This document shows positions 50,424 through 60,139 of a stretch of 64,000 nt of DNA, in pieces (position 1 is the stretch's first letter; each line of letters opens with the position of its first letter). The translations under genes and the position numbers were made by a program. The DNA is from Gemmatimonadaceae bacterium (GTDB lineage Bacteria > Gemmatimonadota > Gemmatimonadetes > Gemmatimonadales > Gemmatimonadaceae). The stretch lies in NCBI GenBank assembly GCA_045803545.1, contig JBJMOW010000002.1:256001-320000 (forward strand). Direction: 5' to 3'. The notes below the pieces were generated by a model. It saw only the letters and a list, made by a program, of their open reading frames with translations, made no database searches and was not told the origin of the DNA.

Positions 50424-53246
50424 ATGACTTCACCTTTCGAGCGTCCGGGACCCGGCAGACTCCCTCCACTGCCTCGCTCGCTACGCCGAGTCGTACTGTC
50501 GATCGTCGCTCTTGTATTCATCGGCCTCGTCATTGTGCCGTGGCTGGCGACTTTCTTTACAGACTGGCTCTGGTTCAAGGAGATCGGGTTCCAGACGGTT
50601 TTCGCAACCTCGCTCGTTGCCCGCATCGCATTGTTTGTTATTGGCGGCGCCGTTGCGTTCGCCTGGTTTTACGGCAACGTCCGCATTGCGCGTGGTGCCG
50701 GTACCGGGTTTCCGGTGCTCTACATCAATCGTGGAGACGGTGTCTCCGTCGATATCTCTCGCACATTCACGAGGATGTTCCTTCCGGCTGCGGTGCTGAT
50801 CGCTTTGGTGACGGCGATCTCCCTTTCGGCATCGTGGCTGACTGTGCTCAAGGCATTCAACGCAGTACCGCTCGGCCAGCGTGATCCGCTCTTCAATCGC
50901 GACATCTCGTTCTACCTGTTTCGATTGCCGCTGATTTCCGCTGTACTCGGCACTCTCATAACGCTGACGTTCCTTGCGATCATCGCGTGCACGGCGATGT
51001 ACTGGCTTCGCAACGAGATCACCATGCCGCCGCGTCGCTCCACGGCGAAACCTCGGGCTGCGCGTCACCTGGGCGGTTTGGTGGCGATCCTTTTCATCCT
51101 GCTCGCCATTCGGCTGTGGATCGTTGGCACCGCCGACTTGCTTTATTCGACGACGGGCCCGCTGGTTGGCGCCAGCTACACCGACGTGAATGTTGGATTG
51201 CCCGGCGTCTACATCAGCGCGGTTGCTGCGATCATCACTGCGGTGTGGGTGATCTACGGCGTCATGCGCGACAAACTGGTCTGGTCCGCTGTGTCAGGAG
51301 CAATCTTCTACGTGGTGATCAGCGTCTTCGCGCGCGGGGTGGTTCCGGCGGTGTTTCAGCGGCTGATCGTAGCGCCGAACGAGTTGTCACGTGAGACACC
51401 CTATTTGCGGTCGCACATAAATGCGACGCGGCAGGCGTGGGGACTCGATCGCGTTGAATCGAGAGACCTCTCTGGTGAAGTGCAGTTGACGATGGGGGAC
51501 ATCAGGGCAAATAGCGCAACCGTCGACAACGTTCGCTTGTGGGAGCGGGATCTCCTCATGCAGACCTTCAAACAGCTGCAGGAGATCCGCACCTACTATG
51601 ACTTCGTTTCCGTGGACGACGATCGCTACATGGTCGACGGGCGATATCGGCAGATCCACATCTCCGCTCGCGAATTGAATTCGCAATCGCTGCCGACGCG
51701 CACTTTCATCAACGAACGGCTGACGTTCACTCATGGAATGGGCGTGACGATGGCGCCCGTGAATCAGGTGACCGACGAAGGTTTGCCGGTGTTGTTCATC
51801 AAGGATCTCCCGCCAGTCTCGACGATCTCTGTCAAACTCGCGCGGCCACAAATCTATTTTGGCGAGCTCACCGACGAGTACGTATTTGTCGGCACGCGTC
51901 AGCAGGAATTCGACTACCCCGCTGGGGACGCGAATATCTACGCGACTTATACGGGGCTGGGTGGTGTTCCGGTCGGTTCGTTCTGGCGGAAGCTGCTTTA
52001 CGCGTTCCAGTTCGGCTCACTGAAGATTCTGTTGTCCGATGACATCAGGGACAACGCGAAGATTCTCTATCGGCGGGATATCATGGAACGGGCCACCACC
52101 GCTATGCCGTTCCTCAGCTTCGACAGCGATCCGTATCTGATGGTGAGCGACGCGGGTCAGCTCAAATGGATTCTCGATGCGTACACTGTGAGCGATGCGT
52201 ATCCGTATTCACAGCGCACCTCGAACGGCACCAGCTACATGCGCAATAGTGTGAAGGTCGTCATCGATGCGTACGACGGCACGGTGGAAGCTTATATCGC
52301 AGATCCGACCGACCCGGTCATACGCACCTACGCGAACGTTTTTCAGGGAATCTTCAAGCCAATTTCTGCGATGCCGGTGGATGTGCGGCGTCACGTCCGA
52401 TATCCGGGCGATCTCTTTCGACTGCAAACCGCGTTGCACGCGACGTATCACATGACGCAACCGGATGCGTTCTACCATCGCGAGGACCAGTGGCAGATTC
52501 CCGGCGGGGCGGACAATTCTACGAACGCCAACCCGTTCATGCGCCACATCATCATGAAGCTGCCGGGTGAGAAAAATCCCGAGTTCATCTTCATGACGCC
52601 CTTCACTCCGCGCGGCAAAGACAACCTCGCGGCGTGGATGGTGGCGCGGATGGATGGCGAGAACTACGGCAAGCTCTCTGTATATCGTTTTCCGCGACAA
52701 AGTCTCGTCTACGGTCCGCGCCAGATCGCCAATCGCATTAACCAGGACACGGAGATCTCGCGGCAGCTGACGCTGTGGGATCAGCGAGGCTCACAGGTGA
52801 TTCGCGGCGAGCTGCTCGTAATTCCAATCGAGGAATCGCTGATCTACGTTCAACCGATCTATCTACGTGCCGAAGGCGGCAACATTCCGGAGCTCAAGCG
52901 AGTGGTCGTCGCGCACGAGAACCGCGTCGTAATGGGCGAGACCCTCGAGGAAGGACTGAACGCCTTGTTTGGTCCGGGTGCAGCGACCACGTCGAGACAA
53001 ACAGTTACGAGCGTCCAGGATTCGCTAAGCACCCTCGGCACTACCCAGCCCGGGGTGGTGGCCGGCGGCGTAACCGCTCCGAGCGGCGCTACTCCGTCAG
53101 GTCCGGTCGGCGATCTGCTTCGACAGGCGCAGGCGGCGTACGATCGCGCGATCGCCGCGCAGCGGGCGGGGAACTGGTCGGAGTACGGCCGGCAGATAGA
53201 CCAGCTCGGCGCCGCGCTCCGTGCGCTCCGGGCCGGTCAGCACTAG
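50424..53246 (+). CDS. UPF0182 family membrane protein
   Basis: DWLWF.EIG, DPLF.RDISFY, NVRLW, FTHG.G, YMRNSVK, LIYVQPIY. Confidence 0.93.
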   Translation: MTSPFERPGPGRLPPLPRSLRRVVLSIVALVFIGLVIVPWLATFFTDWLWFKEIGFQTVFATSLVARIALFVIGGAVAFAWFYGNVRIARGAGTGFPVLYINRGDGVSVDISRTFTRMFLPAAVLIALVTAISLSASWLTVLKAFNAVPLGQRDPLFNRDISFYLFRLPLISAVLGTLITLTFLAIIACTAMYWLRNEITMPPRRSTAKPRAARHLGGLVAILFILLAIRLWIVGTADLLYSTTGPLVGASYTDVNVGLPGVYISAVAAIITAVWVIYGVMRDKLVWSAVSGAIFYVVISVFARGVVPAVFQRLIVAPNELSRETPYLRSHINATRQAWGLDRVESRDLSGEVQLTMGDIRANSATVDNVRLWERDLLMQTFKQLQEIRTYYDFVSVDDDRYMVDGRYRQIHISARELNSQSLPTRTFINERLTFTHGMGVTMAPVNQVTDEGLPVLFIKDLPPVSTISVKLARPQIYFGELTDEYVFVGTRQQEFDYPAGDANIYATYTGLGGVPVGSFWRKLLYAFQFGSLKILLSDDIRDNAKILYRRDIMERATTAMPFLSFDSDPYLMVSDAGQLKWILDAYTVSDAYPYSQRTSNGTSYMRNSVKVVIDAYDGTVEAYIADPTDPVIRTYANVFQGIFKPISAMPVDVRRHVRYPGDLFRLQTALHATYHMTQPDAFYHREDQWQIPGGADNSTNANPFMRHIIMKLPGEKNPEFIFMTPFTPRGKDNLAAWMVARMDGENYGKLSVYRFPRQSLVYGPRQIANRINQDTEISRQLTLWDQRGSQVIRGELLVIPIEESLIYVQPIYLRAEGGNIPELKRVVVAHENRVVMGETLEEGLNALFGPGAATTSRQTVTSVQDSLSTLGTTQPGVVAGGVTAPSGATPSGPVGDLLRQAQAAYDRAIAAQRAGNWSEYGRQIDQLGAALRALRAGQH

Positions 53247-53281
53247 CGGCATTCCGCGCTCTTCGGTCGCGAGAATGAATC

Positions 53282-54058
53282 TCATGTCGCCCGCTTGAGA
53301 AATTCCTGAACGGCTTTGCGGTAGCTCCGTCCGGTTGTGATGCGCTTGCCGTTCCGCAGAATCAGCAGCTGATCGCCCTGGTCGAAGGGCTGCGCTTCGC
53401 GCACCTGCGCCGTATTGACGATCGTCGAGCGATGGACGCGCAGGAAGCGATTGTGCGGCAACCGCGCCTCGAGTCGGCTCAGTGGCTCACGAACATCGTA
53501 CGCCACTTCGGCGAGATGGATGCGAGCGAGATCGTCCCGCGCCTGGATCCAGTAGATCTCGTCGGGGTCGAGGAAAAGGATCTTTCCGTTGACCTTTACG
53601 CCAATGCGATTCTTCGGTGCATCCAGCTGGCCGACGTACTTCAGCAGCGCGCTCAGCTGGGACGAGACGCTCGACTGTGGCGCCTCGCGGATTCTTTTCT
53701 TGGCGCGATCGAGCGTCTGGTGAAAGCGTACGTGATCGACGGGCTTGAGCAGGTAGTCGAACGCGCCGAACTCGAACGCCGAGACAGCATAGTCGTCGAA
53801 GGCAGTCACAAAAATCACAGGCGGCATTTTGTCCGTCCCAACTTCAGTGATGACGTCGAAGCCATCGAGCTCCGGCATCTGAACGTCGAGAAAAACAAGG
53901 TCGGGAGCGTGCGCCCGGATCGAGGCAACCGCCTCCAGTCCGTTCTGGCATTCTCCCACCACCTGAACGTCAGGCACCCGTGAGAGAAGAGTGGTAAGAC
54001 GCTGACGTGCCAGCGCCTCATCGTCTATCACAAGAACGCGCATCGGTTGTTCGATCAT
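53282..54058 (-). CDS. LytTR family response regulator
   Basis: DDE, FLDVQMP, FVTAFD, DYLLKP, FLRVHRSTIVN. Confidence 0.93.
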   Translation of the reverse strand: MIEQPMRVLVIDDEALARQRLTTLLSRVPDVQVVGECQNGLEAVASIRAHAPDLVFLDVQMPELDGFDVITEVGTDKMPPVIFVTAFDDYAVSAFEFGAFDYLLKPVDHVRFHQTLDRAKKRIREAPQSSVSSQLSALLKYVGQLDAPKNRIGVKVNGKILFLDPDEIYWIQARDDLARIHLAEVAYDVREPLSRLEARLPHNRFLRVHRSTIVNTAQVREAQPFDQGDQLLILRNGKRITTGRSYRKAVQEFLKRAT

Positions 54059-55389
54059 GACTGCACCGCTGTTGCCATTTTGTCGTCGATACTGCCGTCG
54101 CCGTTACGTGGCGGCGACAGCCGGCCGAGCCTGAAGGGAATTGTGATCCGAACCGCATAGCCACCTTCCGGCCGCGGCCCGCTCTCGAATTCGTGGTGCT
54201 CCCCGTACAAGTGCATTAAACGCGTTGTCGTGTTGGTCAGCCCGAGTCCGCTGCCGCGTGAACGCTCACGCGACCGTCTGGCTCGGACGCCAACTCCGTC
54301 ATCGACGATGGCAATAGCCAGCTTGTCGCCGATCCGGCGTGCCGTGACCTGGACGTAACCGGCACCGGCCCGTGGGCTGATACCGTGGCGAATCGCGTTC
54401 TCCACCAGCGGCTGCAGGATGAGACTCGGCACCAGCGCGCCGCGCACGCCGTCTTCGATGTTGCAATTGACGGTGAGGCGATCCTGGAACCGCACGCGCT
54501 GAATTGCGACGTAGCGATCGAGCAGACCAAGCTCCCGCTCGAGCGGAACTTCCTGCTCACTCGAGGTCGAGAGTACGAGCCGAAGGAAGTCGCTAAGCTC
54601 CGACACCATTCTTTCCGCTGCTGGCGGATCGGTGGCGATCAACGCGATCGCTCCGTTAAGGGCATTGAACAGGAAGTGTGGATTGAGCTGTAGCTTGAGG
54701 GTGTCCAGTTCCGATTGCACCAGGCGAGTTACGACGCGTTGACGTTCTGCCGATTCCTTGCTCGCTTCGCGCACAAGGTGCTCGACCCAGGACGTTGCAT
54801 AAGTCGAGACGATACCAAAGACGCCCAGCAGAATCAGCTTGGCTGCCTCGTCCAGTGGAGTGATGCGAGCTGTCTGCACCGCGGTGATCGGATCGATCGT
54901 TACCGGCACACGGTTCGTCGCCCATAACCAGAGCAGCAGCGCCGAGTACTCCAAAAAGGCCAATATGGAAATGAACGCGGCTTTACGAACGGAGGAAGCG
55001 ACTGGTCTTCCGGCGAGGACTACGAAATACATCAGAAAAATCGGCGAGCGCAGCGCCAGCACACCCGACTGCGCAACGGCGTAGCCACCGATGATCGCCG
55101 TTACAGCGGTGACGTCGACTATCGGGTTGATAGCCGAGAGCCAGTCGGGGAGCTCCGCGCGCTTATACCAAATGGCATACTGAGCGACGGTCCACAGCAG
55201 CGTGGGCACCAGCACAACGACATTGGCGACGTTGAGCGACCGCGAGAGATGCGGCGCGTACATGAGTGCCGCGGCTGTGAGCAGAAACACCACCGCCCCA
55301 CGCAGGCCGTTGAGAATTCGCTCGGCGCGGTCGCGCCTCAGGCGAAGGCTTTGTGGCGGCGGGAATGCGTGGGCGGCAAAAAGCTGCAT
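54055..55389 (-). CDS. LytS/YehU-type membrane histidine kinase
   Basis: Multiple TMs; QLNPHFLFNALN; QPLVENAIRHG; DDGVG. Confidence 0.92.
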   Translation of the reverse strand: MQLFAAHAFPPPQSLRLRRDRAERILNGLRGAVVFLLTAAALMYAPHLSRSLNVANVVVLVPTLLWTVAQYAIWYKRAELPDWLSAINPIVDVTAVTAIIGGYAVAQSGVLALRSPIFLMYFVVLAGRPVASSVRKAAFISILAFLEYSALLLWLWATNRVPVTIDPITAVQTARITPLDEAAKLILLGVFGIVSTYATSWVEHLVREASKESAERQRVVTRLVQSELDTLKLQLNPHFLFNALNGAIALIATDPPAAERMVSELSDFLRLVLSTSSEQEVPLERELGLLDRYVAIQRVRFQDRLTVNCNIEDGVRGALVPSLILQPLVENAIRHGISPRAGAGYVQVTARRIGDKLAIAIVDDGVGVRARRSRERSRGSGLGLTNTTTRLMHLYGEHHEFESGPRPEGGYAVRITIPFRLGRLSPPRNGDGSIDDKMATAVQS

Positions 55390-55670
55390 TAAGTGAATTT
55401 GAATGAGGCGAGGTGGCTGGGGTAGCAGGCCGACGAGGTACCTGCTACCCCCGACGCCGGCTGGGTGTGCTCGCCGACGTCGTTGCCGTAAGAACCCTCA
55501 TCACGGACTCCACGCTCCTCGTCGCCTTCAATCGCGTGGAAAAAGTGTCTGCGTGTGTCGTCGGTAGAAACTAGGGTCATCACTGTGTTGGACGAGTCGT
55601 CGACAGGTGGAGGAACATGCTTGCGAGGCGAGCGACGAAATGCAGGCGGTGAAGGAGTCTTTGCGCGCGA

Positions 55671-56648
55671 TTGCAGTCGCTGGCGCGCTGCGTGCGAATG
55701 CGACTTCCGGTGAATTACGGGCTCCTTCCGGGCGGTAACGCCGGGTCCAAGTTTCTACTTACCGTCGGCATGGCGGTGGTTGCGGTCGTCGTCAGTGCGG
55801 TTTTGCGAAGGACGGCGCGCGCTGCGTTGACCGATGGCGAGAGGGGCCGCGCGCTCTTCTGGACGGATCAGGCGATCAAGCTACTGGCGCTTGGCGCGTT
55901 TATAGTCGCGATCGCGTTGCTCTGGTCTCGCGATCTGGCAGGAATCGGCGGCGCGGTAGGGGTGATTGGGGCCGGAGTCGCGGTTGCGCTGCAGCGCGTG
56001 ATTACTTCGTTTGCCGGCTACTTGATCATCCTGCGCGGCAAAGTCTTCAGCGTCGGCGACCGCATCACTTTTGGCGGTGTGCGCGGTGACGTTATAGGTC
56101 TCGGCCTCATGCAGACAACGGTGCTCGAGATGGGCCAGTCCCCGCCGGAACGGAAGGAGGATCCCGCTACCTGGGTGCGTGGCCGCCAGTACACCGGCCG
56201 CGTCGTGCGCGTTACCAACGACAAAATCTTCGACTTTCCCGTTTACAACTTCACACGCGAATTTCCATTCGTTTGGGACGAGATCATGCTTCCGGTAACC
56301 TACGAAGCCGACTCCCGGAGAGCGGAAGCGATCATGCTCGATGCCGCCCGCAAACGAACTGCAGACCTGATGGGCGAAGCGAGCCCCGCTCTCGATCGCC
56401 TGCGCAAGGTCTATTACATCGAAGGAGAAATCGAGTTAGAACCGCGCGTCTACATGACGATCACTGACAATTACGTAGAGCTCGCCCTACGCTTCCTCTC
56501 GCGCGAGCCCGGAGTGAGGTTGTTGAAAGACTCGCTCTATCGCGACATTCTGGATGGATTCAGGAACGCGCACATTGCTTTCGCATCAACCACCACCGCG
56601 GTCGACGTCCAGCATCCTGTCGAAGTGAGAATTCGGCCTGCCGACTGA
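55671..56648 (+). CDS. MscS family mechanosensitive channel (start uncertain)
   Basis: Three TMs, AGVAVALQ, FSVGDRI..GGVRGDV. Confidence 0.88.
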   Translation: MQSLARCVRMRLPVNYGLLPGGNAGSKFLLTVGMAVVAVVVSAVLRRTARAALTDGERGRALFWTDQAIKLLALGAFIVAIALLWSRDLAGIGGAVGVIGAGVAVALQRVITSFAGYLIILRGKVFSVGDRITFGGVRGDVIGLGLMQTTVLEMGQSPPERKEDPATWVRGRQYTGRVVRVTNDKIFDFPVYNFTREFPFVWDEIMLPVTYEADSRRAEAIMLDAARKRTADLMGEASPALDRLRKVYYIEGEIELEPRVYMTITDNYVELALRFLSREPGVRLLKDSLYRDILDGFRNAHIAFASTTTAVDVQHPVEVRIRPAD

Positions 56649-57717
56649 CGCTGAGCGCTCTGAAGCAAGGAACCTGGTTCTAGCCCACGGGTGGAACGCC
56701 ACGGCTTACCAGATCCTCAATCCAGGCATCGACCTCTGGTTCACCGCGGACCGCTCCGCTGTCATAGGCTACGTGCGCTACGGGAGGGCGCGCGTTATCG
56801 CAGGCGCTCCGGTGTGCGATTTGTCACGTCTCGATGATGTCGCAGCCATGTTCGTCACTGAAACGCATCATTGTGGTGAATACGTGTGTTATTTCGGTGC
56901 GGGAGATCGCCTCGATTCGCGCTACAGCGCGGACCGGGCATGGTCGCGCGTCCTGCTTGGCGCGCAGCCATCGTGGGATCCGCACCACTGGCCCCGCGCC
57001 GTCGCGCGGCGCTCGTCGCTGCGTGCACAATTCAATCGCGCGCGCAACAAGGGTGTGCGCATCGAACAATGGCCTGCGCAGCACGCCGAGAACCATCCAG
57101 CGCTACGGCGATGTTTGGCCGAGTGGCTGGAAACCCGAAATCTGCCGCCGTTGCACTTCCTCGTTGAGCCGGAAACTCTCAGCAATCTGGCCGATCGTCG
57201 CGTATTTGTAGCGGTAAAGGGCGAACGCGCAGTGGTCGCATTCACTGTGCTCTCTCCAGTACCGGCGCGAAATGGCTGGCTGGTCGAGCAGATCGTGCGC
57301 GGACGGTCGGCGCCGAACGGCACCGCCGAGCTGTTGCTCGATTTTGCTGTGAAAAGTGTCGCCGAGTCGGGCTCGACGTATGTGACACTGGGCCTTTCTC
57401 CTCTATCGCAGCGCGCCAATGTTGTCGAGCTGAGCGAGCCGGCGTGGCTCAAGTTCGTGCTTAGCTGGCTGCGGCTTCACGGAGCGCGGTTTTACAACTT
57501 TGGCGGACTTGATTCGTTCAAAGCGAAATTCAATCCCGAACGTTGGGAGCCGATTTACGCGATTTCGGAGGGAAATCCTTTTCCGTCGCGTGCGCTCTAT
57601 GCAATTGCGGGTGTGTTCAGCGGCGGCAATCCGATCAAGCTCGTCGCGATTGCATTAATTCGGGCGGTTCGTGAGGAGATTGTTCGTCTGCTGGGCCGGA
57701 CTCGGCACGCCGCATAA
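56638..57717 (+). CDS. DUF2156 / aminoacyl-phosphatidylglycerol synthase C-terminal-domain protein; probable CTG start
   Basis: GAPVC, LR.Q.NRARNKGV, APNGTAELL, LGLSPL, FYNF.GL..FKAKF.P..WEP; frame open from 56629 with HGWNATAYQIL upstream of the GTG at 56773. Confidence 0.8.
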   Translation: MPTDAERSEARNLVLAHGWNATAYQILNPGIDLWFTADRSAVIGYVRYGRARVIAGAPVCDLSRLDDVAAMFVTETHHCGEYVCYFGAGDRLDSRYSADRAWSRVLLGAQPSWDPHHWPRAVARRSSLRAQFNRARNKGVRIEQWPAQHAENHPALRRCLAEWLETRNLPPLHFLVEPETLSNLADRRVFVAVKGERAVVAFTVLSPVPARNGWLVEQIVRGRSAPNGTAELLLDFAVKSVAESGSTYVTLGLSPLSQRANVVELSEPAWLKFVLSWLRLHGARFYNFGGLDSFKAKFNPERWEPIYAISEGNPFPSRALYAIAGVFSGGNPIKLVAIALIRAVREEIVRLLGRTRHAA

Positions 57718-57817
57718 ACTGACTCCAGGAAAGGACAGTGGTGGCCAATACATTGGACACAGCGCTGGTGCGTTCGGCCTGGCTGTCGTCTTTAAGGGGC
57801 TTACGGGACCGTCTCGG

Positions 57818-57833
57818 TGGCACGGATGGCGCA
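57818..57833 (+). promoter_or_regulatory. Sigma-54 promoter candidate TGGCACGGATGGCGCA
   Basis: GG-N10-GC with TGGCACG; palindrome TGGCCAAT-AC-ATTGGACA at 57742-57759 upstream. Confidence 0.45.
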
Positions 57834-57949
57834 ACAGTGGACGGCGATGGAAGCCACCGTTTCCATCGCTGATGGAGAATCGTAACTGTATACAATCTTT
57901 CGGGCCGCGCGTTGTGCGGCTCAAACAAACCAGTAACGCGCGAGGTCGC

Positions 57950-58423
57950 ATGCTCATGAGGCACACGAAGAGAGCCCTGAGCGTCATAGCGGTGATGCTT
58001 GTCGCCGCATGCACGGACAACTCAATCAACAGCCCCTACGGCAACGTAGCGGGGACGTATCAGCTCACCGTTTTTGCCGGACGCACCCTGCCGGCGACGT
58101 ACACATATTCCGCGGGCCAGGTCAGCGCACTGCCTAACGGCGGTACGATTCAATGGACCGACGGGACAATGGTCCTCAACAGCAACGGCACGTTTGTCGA
58201 GACCAACAACTTCATCGAAACGCCAAACGGCGGGAATTCACAGTCCGGATCGTTTGTCAGCAGCGGCACTTACACTGTCAGTGGAACCAACTTCACGTTA
58301 TCCGCGCCGGCTCAGAGCGGCGTCGCGCAGCGGTTCGCCTCGGGAACCATCGAGTTCGATACGATCAACTACGACGAGGACAACGGCGACGGCACTACTT
58401 CGTCGTACGAGTACAAGCGTTAA
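57950..58423 (+). CDS. Beta-rich (lipocalin-like) lipoprotein
   Basis: LVAAC lipobox; VAGTY.L....G..LP; L..NGTF; SGTY; start at 57950 or 57956. Confidence 0.75.
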   Translation: MLMRHTKRALSVIAVMLVAACTDNSINSPYGNVAGTYQLTVFAGRTLPATYTYSAGQVSALPNGGTIQWTDGTMVLNSNGTFVETNNFIETPNGGNSQSGSFVSSGTYTVSGTNFTLSAPAQSGVAQRFASGTIEFDTINYDEDNGDGTTSSYEYKR

Positions 58424-58443
58424 CCGCGGTTACCTCGCACGTT

Positions 58444-58475
58444 AAAGGGCGCTCTCGTGGGAGCGCCCTTTTTTT
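58444..58475 (+). terminator. Intrinsic terminator
   Basis: GGGCGCTC-loop-GAGCGCCC-T7. Confidence 0.88.
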
Positions 58476-58515
58476 GTTATCCTACCCTGCGAAACACTTC
58501 TTCGAGGAGGGCACA

Positions 58516-58767
58516 ATGAACGGACTGCTAGCCTGGATCATCGTCGGTCTCGTCGCCGGAGTTCTTGCGTCACTGGTGATGGGCGGTGGGTACGGAATCA
58601 TCGGTGACATCATCATCGGCATCGTGGGCGCATTCATCGGCGGCTGGTTATTCAGCACCCTGGGTGTTTCATCCCCGTTCGGTGGGATGGGCGGACAGAT
58701 CTTCGTCGCCTTTGTCGGAGCGGTGGTTCTACTCTTCCTGCTGCGCCTGGTTCGCCGCCGAGCTTGA
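58516..58767 (+). CDS. GlsB/YeaQ/YmgE (transglycosylase-associated) membrane protein
   Basis: WIIVGLVAG.LA, GIVGAFIGG, A.VGAVVLL; GAGGAGG RBS. Confidence 0.9.
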   Translation: MNGLLAWIIVGLVAGVLASLVMGGGYGIIGDIIIGIVGAFIGGWLFSTLGVSSPFGGMGGQIFVAFVGAVVLLFLLRLVRRRA

Positions 58768-59219
58768 AGTCTTCGCCGCGAAAGCAATCCGCCAAAGTCG
58801 CGCCGGACATCGTTCCGCGCACCTTCGGCTACTCGGGGACACCGCTAATCCAGAAGCTCGGGATCAAGCCGGGCGCGCGGACACATTTCGTGTCCGCGCC
58901 TCCGCAGCTGTCGCAGCTGATGGGCCCGCTTCCACCTGGCGCCGTCTCGTCGGTGCGCGGGAAGCTGGATTTCGCGCTGCTATTCGCTAAAAGCTTTACC
59001 GAACTCACGAAGAGCTTCGCGAAGCTGCGCGATCGGCTCGAAGCCAACGGCATGCTGTGGGTCTCGTGGCCAAAGAAGACGTCGGGTGTGGCGACCGATC
59101 TCACCGAGTCTGCGGTGCGCGAGTACGGCTTGAATAACGGGCTCGTAGACGTGAAGGTCTGCGCGATCGACGACACGTGGTCCGGACTGAAATTCGTGCG
59201 GCGGTTGTCCGACCGGTGA
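58764..59219 (+). CDS. DUF3052 family protein
   Basis: GYSGTPL..KLGIK, LWVSWPKK.S, GLVDVKVCAID..WSGLK. Confidence 0.85.
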   Translation: MKSSPRKQSAKVAPDIVPRTFGYSGTPLIQKLGIKPGARTHFVSAPPQLSQLMGPLPPGAVSSVRGKLDFALLFAKSFTELTKSFAKLRDRLEANGMLWVSWPKKTSGVATDLTESAVREYGLNNGLVDVKVCAIDDTWSGLKFVRRLSDR

Positions 59220-60139
59220 AAATTCGCGCAGCGCTATTGAACGGCCTCATCGACTACGCCGGCTTGTTCCCGCCTGCCGGTGAAGACATGCGGACGGCAG
59301 TCGATAATTACTCTCGATATCTGCGCGGCCCTGACCGTGCCGCCCTCGGCAGATTTATAGTGCCATTCGCGCGTCTCGATGAATTCGAGGATGCCGCCAC
59401 CGACCATTTTCCGCGCGACGGCGATGCCGGCCAGCCATGGCGTATCAGCGTTCTCGTTGCCGACGATGTAAGGGCCGCCGCGATCGACATGGGGAAGTTC
59501 AACGCCCGCTACTCTGGCCGCAGCCGTCGCGGTCGCTCGACTATTGACGTCGTGGAGCTGAAAGCCGCCACCATCGAAGAGGTGGCGAATCAGCAGCGTG
59601 ATCTGCCTCGCGTCTTTACCTCCTATTTCGAGATTCCGTTGACGGTCGATGTTCCGTCGCTCGTGACTGCGATCGCAGAAGTGTCAGCGCGGGCGAAGAT
59701 ACGCACCGGAGGGCTCACGCCGGAGGCGTTCCCATCTCCCGAGTCGATCATCGACTTCATGCTTGCCTGCAAGGCGCAGTCAGTCGCGTTCAAGGCGACA
59801 GCCGGACTTCACCATCCAATCCGCGGCGAATACCGCTTCACCTACGAAGCCGACAGCGCCAAAGGCACCATGTACGGATTCCTCAACGTCTTCCTCGCCG
59901 CAACACTGGTCGCGGCCGGAGAAGACGAGAGCATCGCCGTCGCCGCCCTCGAGGAAACCAACCCGGCAGCGTTCGAGTTCCACGATGACTATCTCCAGTG
60001 GCGCGACAAGAGAATCACTGCGCCACAACTCGCCGCCGTGCGTGAACGAAGCGCGATATCTTTTGGGTCGTGCTCGTTCACCGAGCCGATCGACGAGCTC
60101 GCGCCGCTATTCCGTCAGACCCAAACCAGCCGCACGTGA
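59216..60139 (+). CDS. Conserved uncharacterised protein associated with fahA
   Basis: LIDYAGLFPPA, KIRTGG, FKATAGLHHP, GFLNV, SFGSCSF.EP; GTGA overlaps at both ends. Confidence 0.8.
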   Translation: MKIRAALLNGLIDYAGLFPPAGEDMRTAVDNYSRYLRGPDRAALGRFIVPFARLDEFEDAATDHFPRDGDAGQPWRISVLVADDVRAAAIDMGKFNARYSGRSRRGRSTIDVVELKAATIEEVANQQRDLPRVFTSYFEIPLTVDVPSLVTAIAEVSARAKIRTGGLTPEAFPSPESIIDFMLACKAQSVAFKATAGLHHPIRGEYRFTYEADSAKGTMYGFLNVFLAATLVAAGEDESIAVAALEETNPAAFEFHDDYLQWRDKRITAPQLAAVRERSAISFGSCSFTEPIDELAPLFRQTQTSRT

